Notes: generated from the letters alone by a model not told the origin. Shown: positions 19,952-30,733, numbered from the stretch's first letter. The stretch: DNA of 64,000 nt from an uncultured Thermoleophilia bacterium (GCA_963705205.1 CAVPJG010000007.1:84336-148335), one strand, 5' to 3'. Program-made: numbers and translations.

Positions 19952-20882
19952 CGACGTCATCGCCGCTCTGGACTCCCTTCGCGAGGAGGTCGAGCGCTGC
20001 TCCAGCTGCGTGCTCGCCGAGACGCGCACGAGGGCCGTCTTCGGGGAGGGTGATCCCGGCGCCGACCTCATGTTCGTCGGAGAGGCGCCCGGCTATCACG
20101 AGGACCAGCAGGGCCGGCCGTTCGTAGGCCAGGCCGGCAAGCTCCTCGAACAGCTGCTCGCGTCCATCGGCATGAGCCGCGAGCAGGTCTTCATCGCCAA
20201 CGTCCTCAAGAGCCGCCCGCCCAACAACCGCGACCCGCGCCCGGAGGAGATCGACGCCTGCCGCCCGTATCTGTGGCGGCAGATCGAGATCATCAAGCCC
20301 AAGGTTATCTGCACGCTGGGCAACTTCGCGACCAAGCTCCTCAGCGGGGACCAGGCCGGCATCACCAAGGTGCACGGGCGTCCACGCGCGACCGAGATCG
20401 CCGGGCACCCTCTCTACCTGTATCCGATCTTCCATCCTGCCGCGGCGCTCTACACCCCGGCGATGCTGACGACGCTCAAGGAGGACTTCTCCCGGCTCCC
20501 GCAGCTGCTGGCGCACGCGGCGCCGCAGCCCGGCGAGGAGGCCGCACAGCCGCCGGCCGCGGAGCGGCCGGCCTGGACGCCGCCCGGGCACCTCGTGCGA
20601 GGGCGTGGCGACGGCGACGGACCGCGCGCGGACTCACTCTCGCTTGACGACGTCGGGGCGGCGGCCGGCACCTCCGGCGCGCCCCTCACGGACCCGCCGC
20701 CCGTCTCCGCGGAGCCGGCCCTCACGCACTCGCCGGCCAGCGCGGACCCGCCGCCTGCAGCGGCGGAGCCGGCGGCCACGGGCGATTCTCCGCCGGTCGT
20801 CTCCGAGCCGGCGCCACCCGAGCCGGCGCGTCCCGACGCCCGCCCGCCCGCCGAACCGGAGCAGCAGCTCGGCCTCTTCTAG
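19935..20882 (+). CDS. uracil-DNA glycosylase, family 4 (UdgA type), with Pro-rich C-terminal tail
   Basis: The family-4 UDG signature is present: CSSCVLAETRTRAVFGEGDPGADLMFVGEAPGYHEDQQGRPFVGQAGKLL ... HPAAALY. The C-terminal ~110 aa are Pro/Ala-rich low complexity. Confidence 0.8.
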   Translation: MPPATDDVIAALDSLREEVERCSSCVLAETRTRAVFGEGDPGADLMFVGEAPGYHEDQQGRPFVGQAGKLLEQLLASIGMSREQVFIANVLKSRPPNNRDPRPEEIDACRPYLWRQIEIIKPKVICTLGNFATKLLSGDQAGITKVHGRPRATEIAGHPLYLYPIFHPAAALYTPAMLTTLKEDFSRLPQLLAHAAPQPGEEAAQPPAAERPAWTPPGHLVRGRGDGDGPRADSLSLDDVGAAAGTSGAPLTDPPPVSAEPALTHSPASADPPPAAAEPAATGDSPPVVSEPAPPEPARPDARPPAEPEQQLGLF

Positions 20883-21377
20883 ATGATCGCGCTCACCCTC
20901 GCCTCGGCTGCCCAGACGCGGAAGCTCGCACGTGCGCTGGCCTCCCGGTTGCGCCCGCCGGCGCTGATCACGGTGGAGGGCGACCTCGGCACCGGCAAGA
21001 CGACGCTCGTCCGCGAGGTACTGCGCGCCCGCGGCGTGCGTGGCGCGATCACCAGTCCCTCGTTCACGCTCGCGCAGAGCTACCATGGGCGCGACGGGGA
21101 GCTCCTGCACCACCTCGATCTGTACCGCCTCAGCCGCGGCGCCGACGCGGAGCTGTTCGCTTGGGACGACTACCTGGGGCCGGACGCGATCACCTTCGTC
21201 GAGTGGCCTGCGGCCGGCAGCGACGCGCTGCCGCCGGCGAGCCTCCGCATCGAGCTGGAGCACCGGACGCCCGGCAGCCGCACGGCGCAGCTGTCGGGGG
21301 AGCCGGCGCTCGAGGCGGGTGTCGCGGCCGCGATGACCGCCGCCGGCGTCAGAGTGCACGCGGGGTCCGCGTCGTGA
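20883..21377 (+). CDS. tsaE: tRNA threonylcarbamoyladenosine biosynthesis ATPase TsaE
   Basis: P-loop VEGDLGTGKTTLVR plus the YjeE-family motifs (SPSFTL, HLDLYRL). Confidence 0.85.
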   Translation: MIALTLASAAQTRKLARALASRLRPPALITVEGDLGTGKTTLVREVLRARGVRGAITSPSFTLAQSYHGRDGELLHHLDLYRLSRGADAELFAWDDYLGPDAITFVEWPAAGSDALPPASLRIELEHRTPGSRTAQLSGEPALEAGVAAAMTAAGVRVHAGSAS

Positions 21378-22087
21378 TCCTCGCGCTGGAGACGGCGACG
21401 ACGGCATGCTCGGCGGCGCTGTGCGCCGCCGACGGCTCCGTCGTCGCCGAGCGCCTGGCCCTCGACGGTCCCGCGCATTCACAGCTGCTGCTGCCGTTCG
21501 TGGACGAGGTCCTTCGCGAGGCCGGCGCCGGTTGGGACGACGTCGAGACCGTCGCCGTCGGTCTTGGCCCGGGAGCGTTCACCGGGCTCCGCATCGGCAT
21601 CGCGACCGCGCGGGCGCTGGCGCAGGCGGACGGGCACGCCGGCTTGGCCGGGGTGCCCACGCTCGCGGCGCTGGCGCTCGCTCTGGCGGACGCGCTCGAG
21701 GCGGCGCCCGGACGGCGGCTGGTTCCGCTGGTCGACGGCCGCCGCCGCGAGGTGTTCGCGGCCGTCTTCGAGGCCGCCGCCGGCGGCCTGCGGCAGCTCG
21801 AGGACGTCAGCGTCGTCCCGGCAGACGGCCTGGCCGAATGGCTCGCCGCTCGCGGCGACGCGCTCGTGGGCGGCGACGGCGCCGCCTTGTACGGCGAACT
21901 GCTGCCCGCGTCGGCGCGGCCGGCCGCGGGCATCGTCGCGCCGACGGCCGCGATGGTGGGCCGGGCGGTCGCCTGCGGCGCGCCCGGCGTCGTGCGCGGC
22001 CCCGACGCGGTGCTGCCCGTCTACGGTCGCGCCCCCGACGCCACGCCGCGTCCGGGCGCGGCGCCGGGCGCCGGAGCGACGTCGTGA
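21374..22087 (+). CDS. tsaB: tRNA t6A biosynthesis protein TsaB (YeaZ)
   Basis: GTG 21374 overlaps the tsaE stop (GTGA). ILALETATTACSAAL ... VGLGPGAFTGLRIGIATARALA is the inactive-Kae1-homologue pattern. Confidence 0.85.
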   Translation: MILALETATTACSAALCAADGSVVAERLALDGPAHSQLLLPFVDEVLREAGAGWDDVETVAVGLGPGAFTGLRIGIATARALAQADGHAGLAGVPTLAALALALADALEAAPGRRLVPLVDGRRREVFAAVFEAAAGGLRQLEDVSVVPADGLAEWLAARGDALVGGDGAALYGELLPASARPAAGIVAPTAAMVGRAVACGAPGVVRGPDAVLPVYGRAPDATPRPGAAPGAGATS

Positions 22088-22572
22088 ACCTCAGGGTCGT
22101 CCCCGATACGCCACGCCACGAGCGCATCGTGCGCCCGATGCAGTTCCCCGACCTCGAGGCGGTGGCGGCCCTGGAGGCGCGCACGTTCACGCTGCCGTGG
22201 TCGGTCGCCATCTTCAGCGGGCAGCTCGCGCGCGAGAGCGGCATCTGCCTCGTCTGCGAAGCCGGCGGCCGCATCATCGCCTACCTCATCGCCGACATGT
22301 TCGTCGACGTGTGGCACCTCATGAACCTCTGCGTCGCCGAGGAGGCGCGACGCGGGCACGTCGCCTCGCTCCTGCTGGAGGCATACTTCGCCATCACCGA
22401 GCGCAAAGGGCACCGCGGGCACACGCTGGAAGTCCGCGTCTCCAACGCTCCCGCCATCGAGCTGTACCGCAGCTTCGGGTTCGTCTCCACGGGCGTCCGC
22501 CCCGGGTACTACAGCGACGACCGCGAGGACGCGGTCATCATGTGGAAGGACTGGGAGGGGGACTCGGCGTGA
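22084..22572 (+). CDS. rimI: ribosomal-protein-alanine N-acetyltransferase
   Basis: GTG 22084 overlaps the tsaB stop (GTGA). GNAT motifs: IAYLIADMFVDVWHLMNLCVAEEARRGHVASLLL and ELYRSFGF. Confidence 0.85.
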   Translation: MNLRVVPDTPRHERIVRPMQFPDLEAVAALEARTFTLPWSVAIFSGQLARESGICLVCEAGGRIIAYLIADMFVDVWHLMNLCVAEEARRGHVASLLLEAYFAITERKGHRGHTLEVRVSNAPAIELYRSFGFVSTGVRPGYYSDDREDAVIMWKDWEGDSA

Positions 22573-23795
22573 ATAGCCGACGCAGTCCCGCCATCGAGCG
22601 GGGCGCCGCAGGAGCACCGCTCAATAGCCGACGCAGTCCCGCCATCGAGCGGGGCGCCGCAGGAGCACCGCTCAATAGCCGACGCAGTCCCGCCATCGAG
22701 CGGGGCGCCGCAGGAGCACCGCTCAGCGCGGACACCGGACAGGCTTCGCCCGCCGGCCTCACCCTCGCCGTCGAGACGTCGTGCGACGACACCAGCGCGG
22801 CGGTCGTGCGCGGCCGTGAGGTCCTCTCGTCTATCGTCTCGTCCCAGAACGAGCTGCACGCGCGGTTCGGCGGCGTGGTGCCGGAGGTGGCCTCGCGCCG
22901 CCATACGGAACTGGTCAACGAGGTCGTCGCCGAGGCGATGAGTCAGGCCGGCGCCGGCTGGGACGACCTCGGCGCCGTGGCCGTGACGCAGGGCCCGGGG
23001 CTCATCGGCGCCCTGCTCGTCGGGTTGGCCACCGGCAAGTCGCTGGCCTACCGGCGCGGGCTGCCGCTGATCCCCGTGAACCACCTGCAGGGACACATCG
23101 CCGCCAACTACGCCCTCGGGGTCGAGGCGCCGTTCGTCTGCCTGGTCGCCAGCGGCGGGCACACGCTGCTCGCCGTCGTCGAGGAGGGCGTGAGCTACCG
23201 CGTCGCCGCCAAGACCATGGACGACGCGGCCGGCGAGGCCTTCGACAAGGGCGCCCGGCTGCTGGGGCTCGGCTACCCCGGCGGCAAGGAGCTCGACGAG
23301 CTGGCGGCGCACGGCGACCCGGGGTTCGCCCGCTTCCCGCGCGCCGTACCCAGGGGTCGTGGCTTCAGCTTCAGCGGCCTCAAGACGGCGCTGCTCTACG
23401 ACCTCAGGGGCAGAGAGGCGGCCGAGGTCGCCGCCCACCGCGCCGACATCGCGGCCTCGTACCAGGCCGCCATCGTCCGCCAGTTGGTGGACAAGACGCT
23501 GGCCGGCGCCGCCGCCGAGGGACTGCGCACCGTCGCCGTCGCCGGCGGCGTGGCCGCCAATTCGGGCCTGCGCCGGGCCTTGACCGAGGCCTGCGAGGCC
23601 GAGGGCCTGCGGCTGTCGTTGCCGCCCTTCAGCCTGTGCACCGACAACGCCGGCATGATCGGCCTTGCGGCCGGGTTCCTGCCGGCGCTTCGCTGGCCGG
23701 ACTACCTCGGCCTGGACGCGTTCGCCAGCGACGCCGAGGCCAAGGCGGCGCGTCCGGTGCGCAAGAGCTCCGCGCGCCGCCCATCAGGTCGCTAG
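22569..23795 (+). CDS. tsaD: tRNA N6-adenosine threonylcarbamoyltransferase TsaD, with N-terminal 3x17-aa repeat extension
   Basis: The conserved core (LTLAVETSCDDTSAAVV ... VTQGPGLIGALLVGL ... HLQGHIAA ... ASGGHT) begins right after the repeats. The only in-frame start between the rimI stop and the core is GTG 22569, which overlaps the rimI stop as GTGA, like the other junctions in this operon. Confidence 0.8.
   Translation: MNSRRSPAIERGAAGAPLNSRRSPAIERGAAGAPLNSRRSPAIERGAAGAPLSADTGQASPAGLTLAVETSCDDTSAAVVRGREVLSSIVSSQNELHARFGGVVPEVASRRHTELVNEVVAEAMSQAGAGWDDLGAVAVTQGPGLIGALLVGLATGKSLAYRRGLPLIPVNHLQGHIAANYALGVEAPFVCLVASGGHTLLAVVEEGVSYRVAAKTMDDAAGEAFDKGARLLGLGYPGGKELDELAAHGDPGFARFPRAVPRGRGFSFSGLKTALLYDLRGREAAEVAAHRADIAASYQAAIVRQLVDKTLAGAAAEGLRTVAVAGGVAANSGLRRALTEACEAEGLRLSLPPFSLCTDNAGMIGLAAGFLPALRWPDYLGLDAFASDAEAKAARPVRKSSARRPSGR
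22572..22724 (+). repeat. perfect 3x51-bp direct tandem repeat (aatagccgacgcagtcccgccatcgagcggggcgccgcaggagcaccgctc), in frame with tsaD
   Basis: Units at 22572-22622, 22623-22673 and 22674-22724 are identical. Each encodes NSRRSPAIERGAAGAPL in the tsaD frame. Confidence 0.95.
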
Positions 23796-23896
23796 CCAGG
23801 TCCCGCTCACTCGACGAGCTGTCCGTCCGAACAGCTCGGACTCGACCGGCCGGTCGCCTCGGGGCTCGATGCCGGAATGCTAGACTCGGGCTCAGC

Positions 23897-25601
23897 ATGA
23901 CGCACCGGCCCGAATCCGTGTTCCCACCGGCACCCCTCAGCGAGGCGCCGCGCACGGCGGCGAACCTCTTCGTCGACTGCCTCGAGAACGAGGGCGTGGA
24001 GTTCGTCTTCGGCATCCCGGGCGAGGAGACCCTGGACCTCAGCGAGGCGCTCGACCGCTCGCAGCTCATCACCTTCGTCCCCACCCGCCACGAGCAGGGG
24101 GCGGCGTTCATGGCTGACGCCTACGGCCGCCTCACCGGCCGCCCCGGCGTCTGTCTCGCGACCCTCGGCCCCGGCGCCAGCAACCTTGCCACGGGCGTGG
24201 GCGACGCGACGCTCGACCACGCGCCTCTGGTGGCGCTCACGGGCCAGACCGGTCTCGCGGGGATGCACAAGGAGACCACCCACCAGTTCATCGACACCGT
24301 CGAGATGCTGCATCCCATGACGAAGTGGAACACCCGCATCCACCACCCGCGCATGGTGCCCGAGGCGGTACGCAAGGCGTTCAGCATCGCCGCCGCCGAG
24401 AAGCCAGGCGCCACGCATCTCGAGCTGCCCGAGGACGTGATGGAGATGGCGGTCACCGGCTCGCCGCTGCCGCGCGGCCCGGAGCCGATGGTCGAGGCCG
24501 ACCCCGTGGGCCTGCTACGCGCCGCCGAGGTCATCCAGGGGGCGAAGCGGCCGGTGCTGCTCGTGGGCAACGGCGTCGTGCGCCAGCACGCGGCCGCGGC
24601 CCTGCGCGCTTTCTGCGAGCAGACGGGCCTGCACGCGGTCACGACCTTCATGGGCAAGGGCGTCCTCGACGCCGCCGACCCGCACTTCCTCTTCACCGCG
24701 GGGCTGCGCCGGCAGGACTATCCGCAGGGCCTCCTCGGCCGGGCGGATCTCGTGGTCAGCGTCGGGTACGACATGATCGAGTGGCCGCCCTCGGCCTGGA
24801 ACCCCGACGGGGGGCAGCGCATCATCTGCATCGACACGGTGCCGCCCGAGATCGACGCCCACTTCATCCCCGAGGTGGAGCTCATCGGCGACCTCTCGCG
24901 CATCATCTTCCAGCTCACTGGAGCTTCTGGAGGGGAAGAAGGTGGCGAGCATGGAGGTCCGGCCGTACCGGCGCGCGCTCCGCCGCGTGCTCGACGCGGG
25001 CACCGACGAGGACTTCCCGGTCAAGCCGCAGCGCGTGCTGCGCGACCTGCGCGAGCTGCTCGCGCCGGAGGACGTGCTCGTCAGCGACGTCGGCGCGCAC
25101 AAGCTCTGGGTGGCGCGCTTCTGGGAGGCGCGCGAGCCCAACACCGTGCTCATCAGCAACGGGTTCGCCGCCATGGGCTTCGGCCTCCCTGCGACGATCG
25201 CCGCGGCCCTGGCGCGCCGTGGCCGCGGCAAGGTCGTCTGCATCAGCGGCGACGGCGGCTTCCTGATGAACGTCCAGGAACTGGAGACGGCCCGCCGTCT
25301 CGGCCTGCCGTTCGTGATCCTCGTGTGGACCGACGGCGGCTACGGCCTCATCGAGATGCACCAGCGGCGCAAGTACGGCCGCATCGCCGGCACCCGCTTC
25401 GACAACCCCGACCTGGTATCGCTCGCCCGCTCGTTCGGCGTGGAGGGGCTCCGCGCCGAGAAGGCGGGCGACGTCAAGCCCCTCCTCGCCCGCGCCCTCA
25501 GGCACCCCGGACCCGTTGTCATCGACGTCCCGATAGACTACGGTGAGAACGACAAGCTGGCGGTCGACCTCTGGCAACTCGCTCCCGAGGCACTGTCCTA
25601 G
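23897..25601 (+). pseudogene. thiamine-diphosphate enzyme of the acetolactate synthase large-subunit family, with an apparent 1-nt insertion near 24920
   Basis: ATG 23897 follows a TAGACT -10-like box. The Pyr and middle domains (FVFGIPGEETLDL ... GRPGVCLATLGPGASNLATGV) end near 24918. The TPP-binding domain (SDVGAHKLWVARFW ... GFAAMGFGLPATIAAAL ... ISGDGGFLMNVQELETA) is in the +1 frame to 25601. Total ~568 aa if joined. Confidence 0.75.
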
Positions 25602-25633
25602 AACTTGTACAAACGTACTCTGGGGGGGTCCGG

Positions 25634-27493
25634 ATGACGGAACTGCTTCGTAACGAGGGGCTGAAGCGCGTACGGATGCGGCTGATCACCGCGGTCGTCT
25701 TCGTCTTCACGCTTACATGCTCCGGCTCGTTCGGCATGGAGGACGTCGTCTCGTCCTCCGGTCCGGGCCTCACGCTCCTGATGATCCTCATCCTGCCGCT
25801 CGTGTGGAGCGTCCCGATGGCGTTCGTCGCGTCGGAGCTCGGCTCGATGGTCCCCGAGGCGGGCGGTCTGTATCGGTGGATCCGGCGCGGGATGGGCGAG
25901 TACTGGAGCTTCCAGGCCGGCTGGTGGTGGACGCTCTCGCTCTACGTCGACTCGGCCGTCTACGTGGCTCTGGCGCTCGACTACATGCAGAACCAGTGGG
26001 GGTTCGACGCCACGACACGGGCCTTGATCGGCGTCGGCATCGTGGCTGTGTTCACGTTCATCAACATCAGGGGCCTCGAGCTCACCGGCTGGACGCTGAC
26101 GATCATCCAGGTCGGCGTCATGGTGCCTCTGCTCATCTTCACCGTCTACGGCATCACCAAGGGCACCGGCAGCGGCTTCAGCCCGATGATGAACGAGGGC
26201 GAGAGCCTCCTCACCTCCCTGAACCTGGGGCTCGCGATCATGATGTGGATGTACTCGGGCTGGGAGTCGATGTCCACGCTCGCCGGTGAGATCCAGAACC
26301 CGCAGCGGGTCATTCCGCGTGCCCTGATGATCGGCACGCCGCTGGTCATCGCCACCTACTTCGTCACGGTCTGGGCTTCCATCCGTATCGCCAACCTCGG
26401 CGGCCCGGAGAACTACCTCAACATGTGGACGGGCGGCGGCGGCGAGGACTTCGTCGAGCTCGCCAAGGTCGTCGGCGGCGCCTTCATGGGCTACCTGATG
26501 CTGATGTCGGCGATCCTCTCCAACATCGGCCTGTACGCCGGCTACCTCGCCACCGGGGCGCGACCGCAGTTCCAGATGTCGCGCGACCGCCTGCTGCCCA
26601 GGTTCATCGGCATCACGCACAAGAGCTGGGGCACGCCGTGGGTCGCGATCCTGATGATGGGCTTCGTCAACGCGGTGCTCATCAACTTCGAGTTCGACGC
26701 GCTCATCACCATCGACGTGTTCCTGCTCATGTTCCCCTACGTGCTCATCTTCCTGACGGTCATGATCATGCGGGTCAGGGAGCCGAACACCCCGCGGTCG
26801 TTCAGCGTGCCGCTCCCGACCTGGGCGCTCGGCGTGTGGGTCGCGTTCCCGATCGCCATCGCCATCATCGCCCTGTTCGTCAACGGTATGGACTGGATGA
26901 TCGGCGGTCTCGCGGGCATCCTCACCGGGCCGATCGCCTACCTCATCTTCAAGAACATCTACAAGGGCACCACCGACGAGGCGCTCGAGGGTTCCACGAT
27001 CACGCCGACCGGCGAGCTCACGGAGTTCGGCGCCACGGTCGAAGGGGTGGCAGGCATGAAGGGTCAGCGGTACGCCAACCTGACAGCGATCGCCGGCATC
27101 ATCGCCGGGGCGTTCGCGATCGGCGGCGCGTTCTATGCCCGCTCGATCGACCCGGTCTTCGGCATCCCCCAGTTCTTCGGCATCTACGCCGACTTCCTCT
27201 CCGCCGTGCACGTCCTGGTCGGGCTCGGGATCGTCATGGTCATCGGCGGGCTGCTCAGCTTCAAGTGGCCGAGCGTCGGCGGCGTCATCGTCTGCGTCGC
27301 CGCGATGATCGGCCTCATCTACACGTACAACCGCGGCCAGTACCGCTGGACCCCGTACCTGTACTACTGGTGGGGCCCGTGGCTGTTCGCCTGGATCTGC
27401 GGCATCTTCGCCGGCTACGCGGCCTACAGGAACGTGCCGCAGAGCGGCGAGAAGCTCGCTGACGCGCGCCATGCGGAGGGCTACGGCGCCTAG
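25634..27493 (+). CDS. APC-superfamily amino acid/polyamine permease
   Basis: 619 aa with ~12-14 predicted TM helices. The N-terminal APC signature is present (GSFGMEDVVSSSGPGLTLLMILILPLVWSVPMAFVASELGSMVPEAGGLYRWI). Confidence 0.85.
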   Translation: MTELLRNEGLKRVRMRLITAVVFVFTLTCSGSFGMEDVVSSSGPGLTLLMILILPLVWSVPMAFVASELGSMVPEAGGLYRWIRRGMGEYWSFQAGWWWTLSLYVDSAVYVALALDYMQNQWGFDATTRALIGVGIVAVFTFINIRGLELTGWTLTIIQVGVMVPLLIFTVYGITKGTGSGFSPMMNEGESLLTSLNLGLAIMMWMYSGWESMSTLAGEIQNPQRVIPRALMIGTPLVIATYFVTVWASIRIANLGGPENYLNMWTGGGGEDFVELAKVVGGAFMGYLMLMSAILSNIGLYAGYLATGARPQFQMSRDRLLPRFIGITHKSWGTPWVAILMMGFVNAVLINFEFDALITIDVFLLMFPYVLIFLTVMIMRVREPNTPRSFSVPLPTWALGVWVAFPIAIAIIALFVNGMDWMIGGLAGILTGPIAYLIFKNIYKGTTDEALEGSTITPTGELTEFGATVEGVAGMKGQRYANLTAIAGIIAGAFAIGGAFYARSIDPVFGIPQFFGIYADFLSAVHVLVGLGIVMVIGGLLSFKWPSVGGVIVCVAAMIGLIYTYNRGQYRWTPYLYYWWGPWLFAWICGIFAGYAAYRNVPQSGEKLADARHAEGYGA

Positions 27494-27517
27494 GCAGGCG
27501 CCGCCGCAGCAATGCGA

Positions 27518-27559
27518 GCGCCCGGGGCGCCGCGAGGCGCCCCGGCGCTTCTGGTCTCT
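27518..27559 (+). terminator. hairpin terminator candidate between the convergent APC permease and VOC genes
   Basis: gcgcccggggcgcc-gcga-ggcgccccggcgc is a 13-14 bp stem followed by ttctggtctct. Confidence 0.4.
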
Positions 27560-27609
27560 GCATCCAGGATGGGGGAGACGTGCCCCATGAGGCGCGCCGT
27601 GGCCCTGCG

Positions 27610-28032
27610 TCAGGGTCTGATGACCGGGGTGAGCACCACCGACGGAGCCGAGCGCGTCACGGATCCGTGGCACACGGCCTCCACGTTGTAGCCGTCGGGG
27701 TCGAGCACGTAGGCGGCGAAGTAGCCTGGATGATAGGGGCGCTCGCCGGGTGCGCCGTTGTCGGTGCCGCCGGCGGCGAGCCCTGCCTCGTGGAAGCGGT
27801 GCACCGCTTCGTGGTCCTCCGCCTGGAACGCGAGGTGCATGGGTGTCGCCGGGCCGTCGTCGCTGAGGAACAACTCGTCGGCGGCCACCCAACCGTTGCC
27901 GCGCTGGACGACGATGGCGCGGTCGAGCGCGCGCAGGACGGCCTCGTAGAAGCGCCCGCTGCGCTCCAGGTCAGTCACGCGCAGGTGGACGTGGTCGATG
28001 AGTCTGCCCACGTGGTATTCGGCCATGGTCAT
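27610..28032 (-). CDS. VOC (glyoxalase/bleomycin-resistance) family protein
   Basis: HVHLRVTDLERSGRFYEAVL ... HLAFQAEDHEAVHRFHEAG is the beta-alpha-beta-beta-beta VOC pattern. The start overlaps the dtd stop (ATGA). Confidence 0.75.
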   Translation of the reverse strand: MTMAEYHVGRLIDHVHLRVTDLERSGRFYEAVLRALDRAIVVQRGNGWVAADELFLSDDGPATPMHLAFQAEDHEAVHRFHEAGLAAGGTDNGAPGERPYHPGYFAAYVLDPDGYNVEAVCHGSVTRSAPSVVLTPVIRP

Positions 28033-28466
28033 GCCTCCAGGAGGATCGTCACCGGCCCGTCGTTGACGAGTTCGACCTGCATGTGCGCGCCGAACACGCC
28101 GGTCTCGACCGGCACGCCTTCGGCGCGCAGCGCCTCGACGTAGGCTTCGTAGACGGCCTCGCCCTCAGCCGGCGGCGCAGCGTCCGTGAAGCTCGGCCGG
28201 TTGCCGCGGCGCGTGTCCGCGTAGAGCGTGAACTGCGACACGGCGAGCACGGCGCCGCCGACGTCGCCGAGCGCCAGGTTCATGAGGCCGGCGTCGTCGG
28301 CGAAGACGCGCAGCCGCGCCGTCTTGGCGGCGAGTCTGCGGGCCGCGGCCACGTCGTCCTCGTGGGTGACGCCCACGAGGGCGAGGAAGCCGCGGCCGAC
28401 TGCGCCGGCCTCCGCGCCGTCCACGGCGACCGCGGCGCGGCTCACCCGCTGCAGCAGTACCCTCAT
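28029..28466 (-). CDS. dtd: D-aminoacyl-tRNA deacylase
   Basis: [17 protein letters not shown] ... [17 protein letters not shown] with the DTD signature SQFTL and the Gly-cisPro region. Length 145 aa. Confidence 0.9.
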   Translation of the reverse strand: MRVLLQRVSRAAVAVDGAEAGAVGRGFLALVGVTHEDDVAAARRLAAKTARLRVFADDAGLMNLALGDVGGAVLAVSQFTLYADTRRGNRPSFTDAAPPAEGEAVYEAYVEALRAEGVPVETGVFGAHMQVELVNDGPVTILLEA

Positions 28467-28664
28467 CTGGCGGCCCGTCCGTCCATCGAGCGCAATCCTA
28501 CCGGGGCGGTCCGGCTGAGGCCAGGTGCGACGCGGGTGAAGCCCGGCAGCACTCGGGCGTCCTGACTGACTGGCTCGTCATCCTCATCGGGGACATCACA
28601 ATCCCTGCAAAACCACCATTTCGTACGGCATCGCCAGAGGACCGGCCTCTCCGGCGCCGAGGGT

Positions 28665-28693
28665 TTGACATCTCCGAGGACCGGTCATACCAT
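28665..28693 (+). promoter_or_regulatory. sigma-70-like promoter of groES-groEL (TTGACA-17 nt-TACCAT)
   Basis: -35 TTGACA at 28665-28670 and -10 TACCAT at 28688-28693 with a 17-nt spacer. The CIRCE element lies 16 nt downstream. Confidence 0.5.
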
Positions 28694-28708
28694 ACTGAGC
28701 TGCGTGGA

Positions 28709-28735
28709 TTAGCACTCTCTCCCCGAGAGTGCCAG
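28709..28735 (+). promoter_or_regulatory. CIRCE inverted repeat (HrcA operator): TTAGCACTC-N9-GAGTGCCAG
   Basis: Matches the CIRCE consensus TTAGCACTC-N9-GAGTGCTAA at 16 of 18 positions. It sits between the promoter and the groES RBS. Confidence 0.8.
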
Positions 28736-28783
28736 TACCAAGTCGAGACAAACCACGGTGTACACACCAAGGAGGGTTGCTGC

Positions 28784-29080
28784 ATGAAGCTCAAGCCGCT
28801 CGAAGACCGCGTGATCATCAAGGCCGTCGCTGAAGAAGAGAAGACGGCCAGCGGCATCGTGCTGCCCGACACGGCGAAGGAGAAGCCGATGATGGGCGAG
28901 GTCGTCGCAGTGGGCGACGGCAAGTGGGACGAAGACGGCAAGAAGCGTGTCCCCGTCGACGTCAAGAAGGGCGACAAGGTCATCTACGGCAAGTACTCGG
29001 GCACCGAGTACAAGACGTCCGATGGTGATGAGCTCCTGATCCTGCGCGCCAGCGAGATCCTGGCCGTAGTAACCAAGTAG
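28784..29080 (+). CDS. groES: co-chaperonin GroES
   Basis: [35 protein letters not shown] is canonical Hsp10. Length 98 aa. Confidence 0.97.
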   Translation: MKLKPLEDRVIIKAVAEEEKTASGIVLPDTAKEKPMMGEVVAVGDGKWDEDGKKRVPVDVKKGDKVIYGKYSGTEYKTSDGDELLILRASEILAVVTK

Positions 29081-29092
29081 AGAGGAGGCTGA

Positions 29093-30733
<1,641 letters not shown>

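Noticed and set aside
22572-22724. Possible CRISPR array or minisatellite.
   Set aside because: Only three directly abutting identical units with no spacers and no cas genes. The units are 51 bp, a multiple of three, and in frame with tsaD, so this is a coding tandem duplication.
23636-25546. 636-aa ORF annotated in one frame across the TPP enzyme.
   Set aside because: Only residues ~88-428 (23897-~24918) are protein-like in this frame. The first 87 codons precede the real ATG. The last ~200 codons are Arg/Pro junk, while the true C-terminal domain is in the neighbouring frame (24942-25601).
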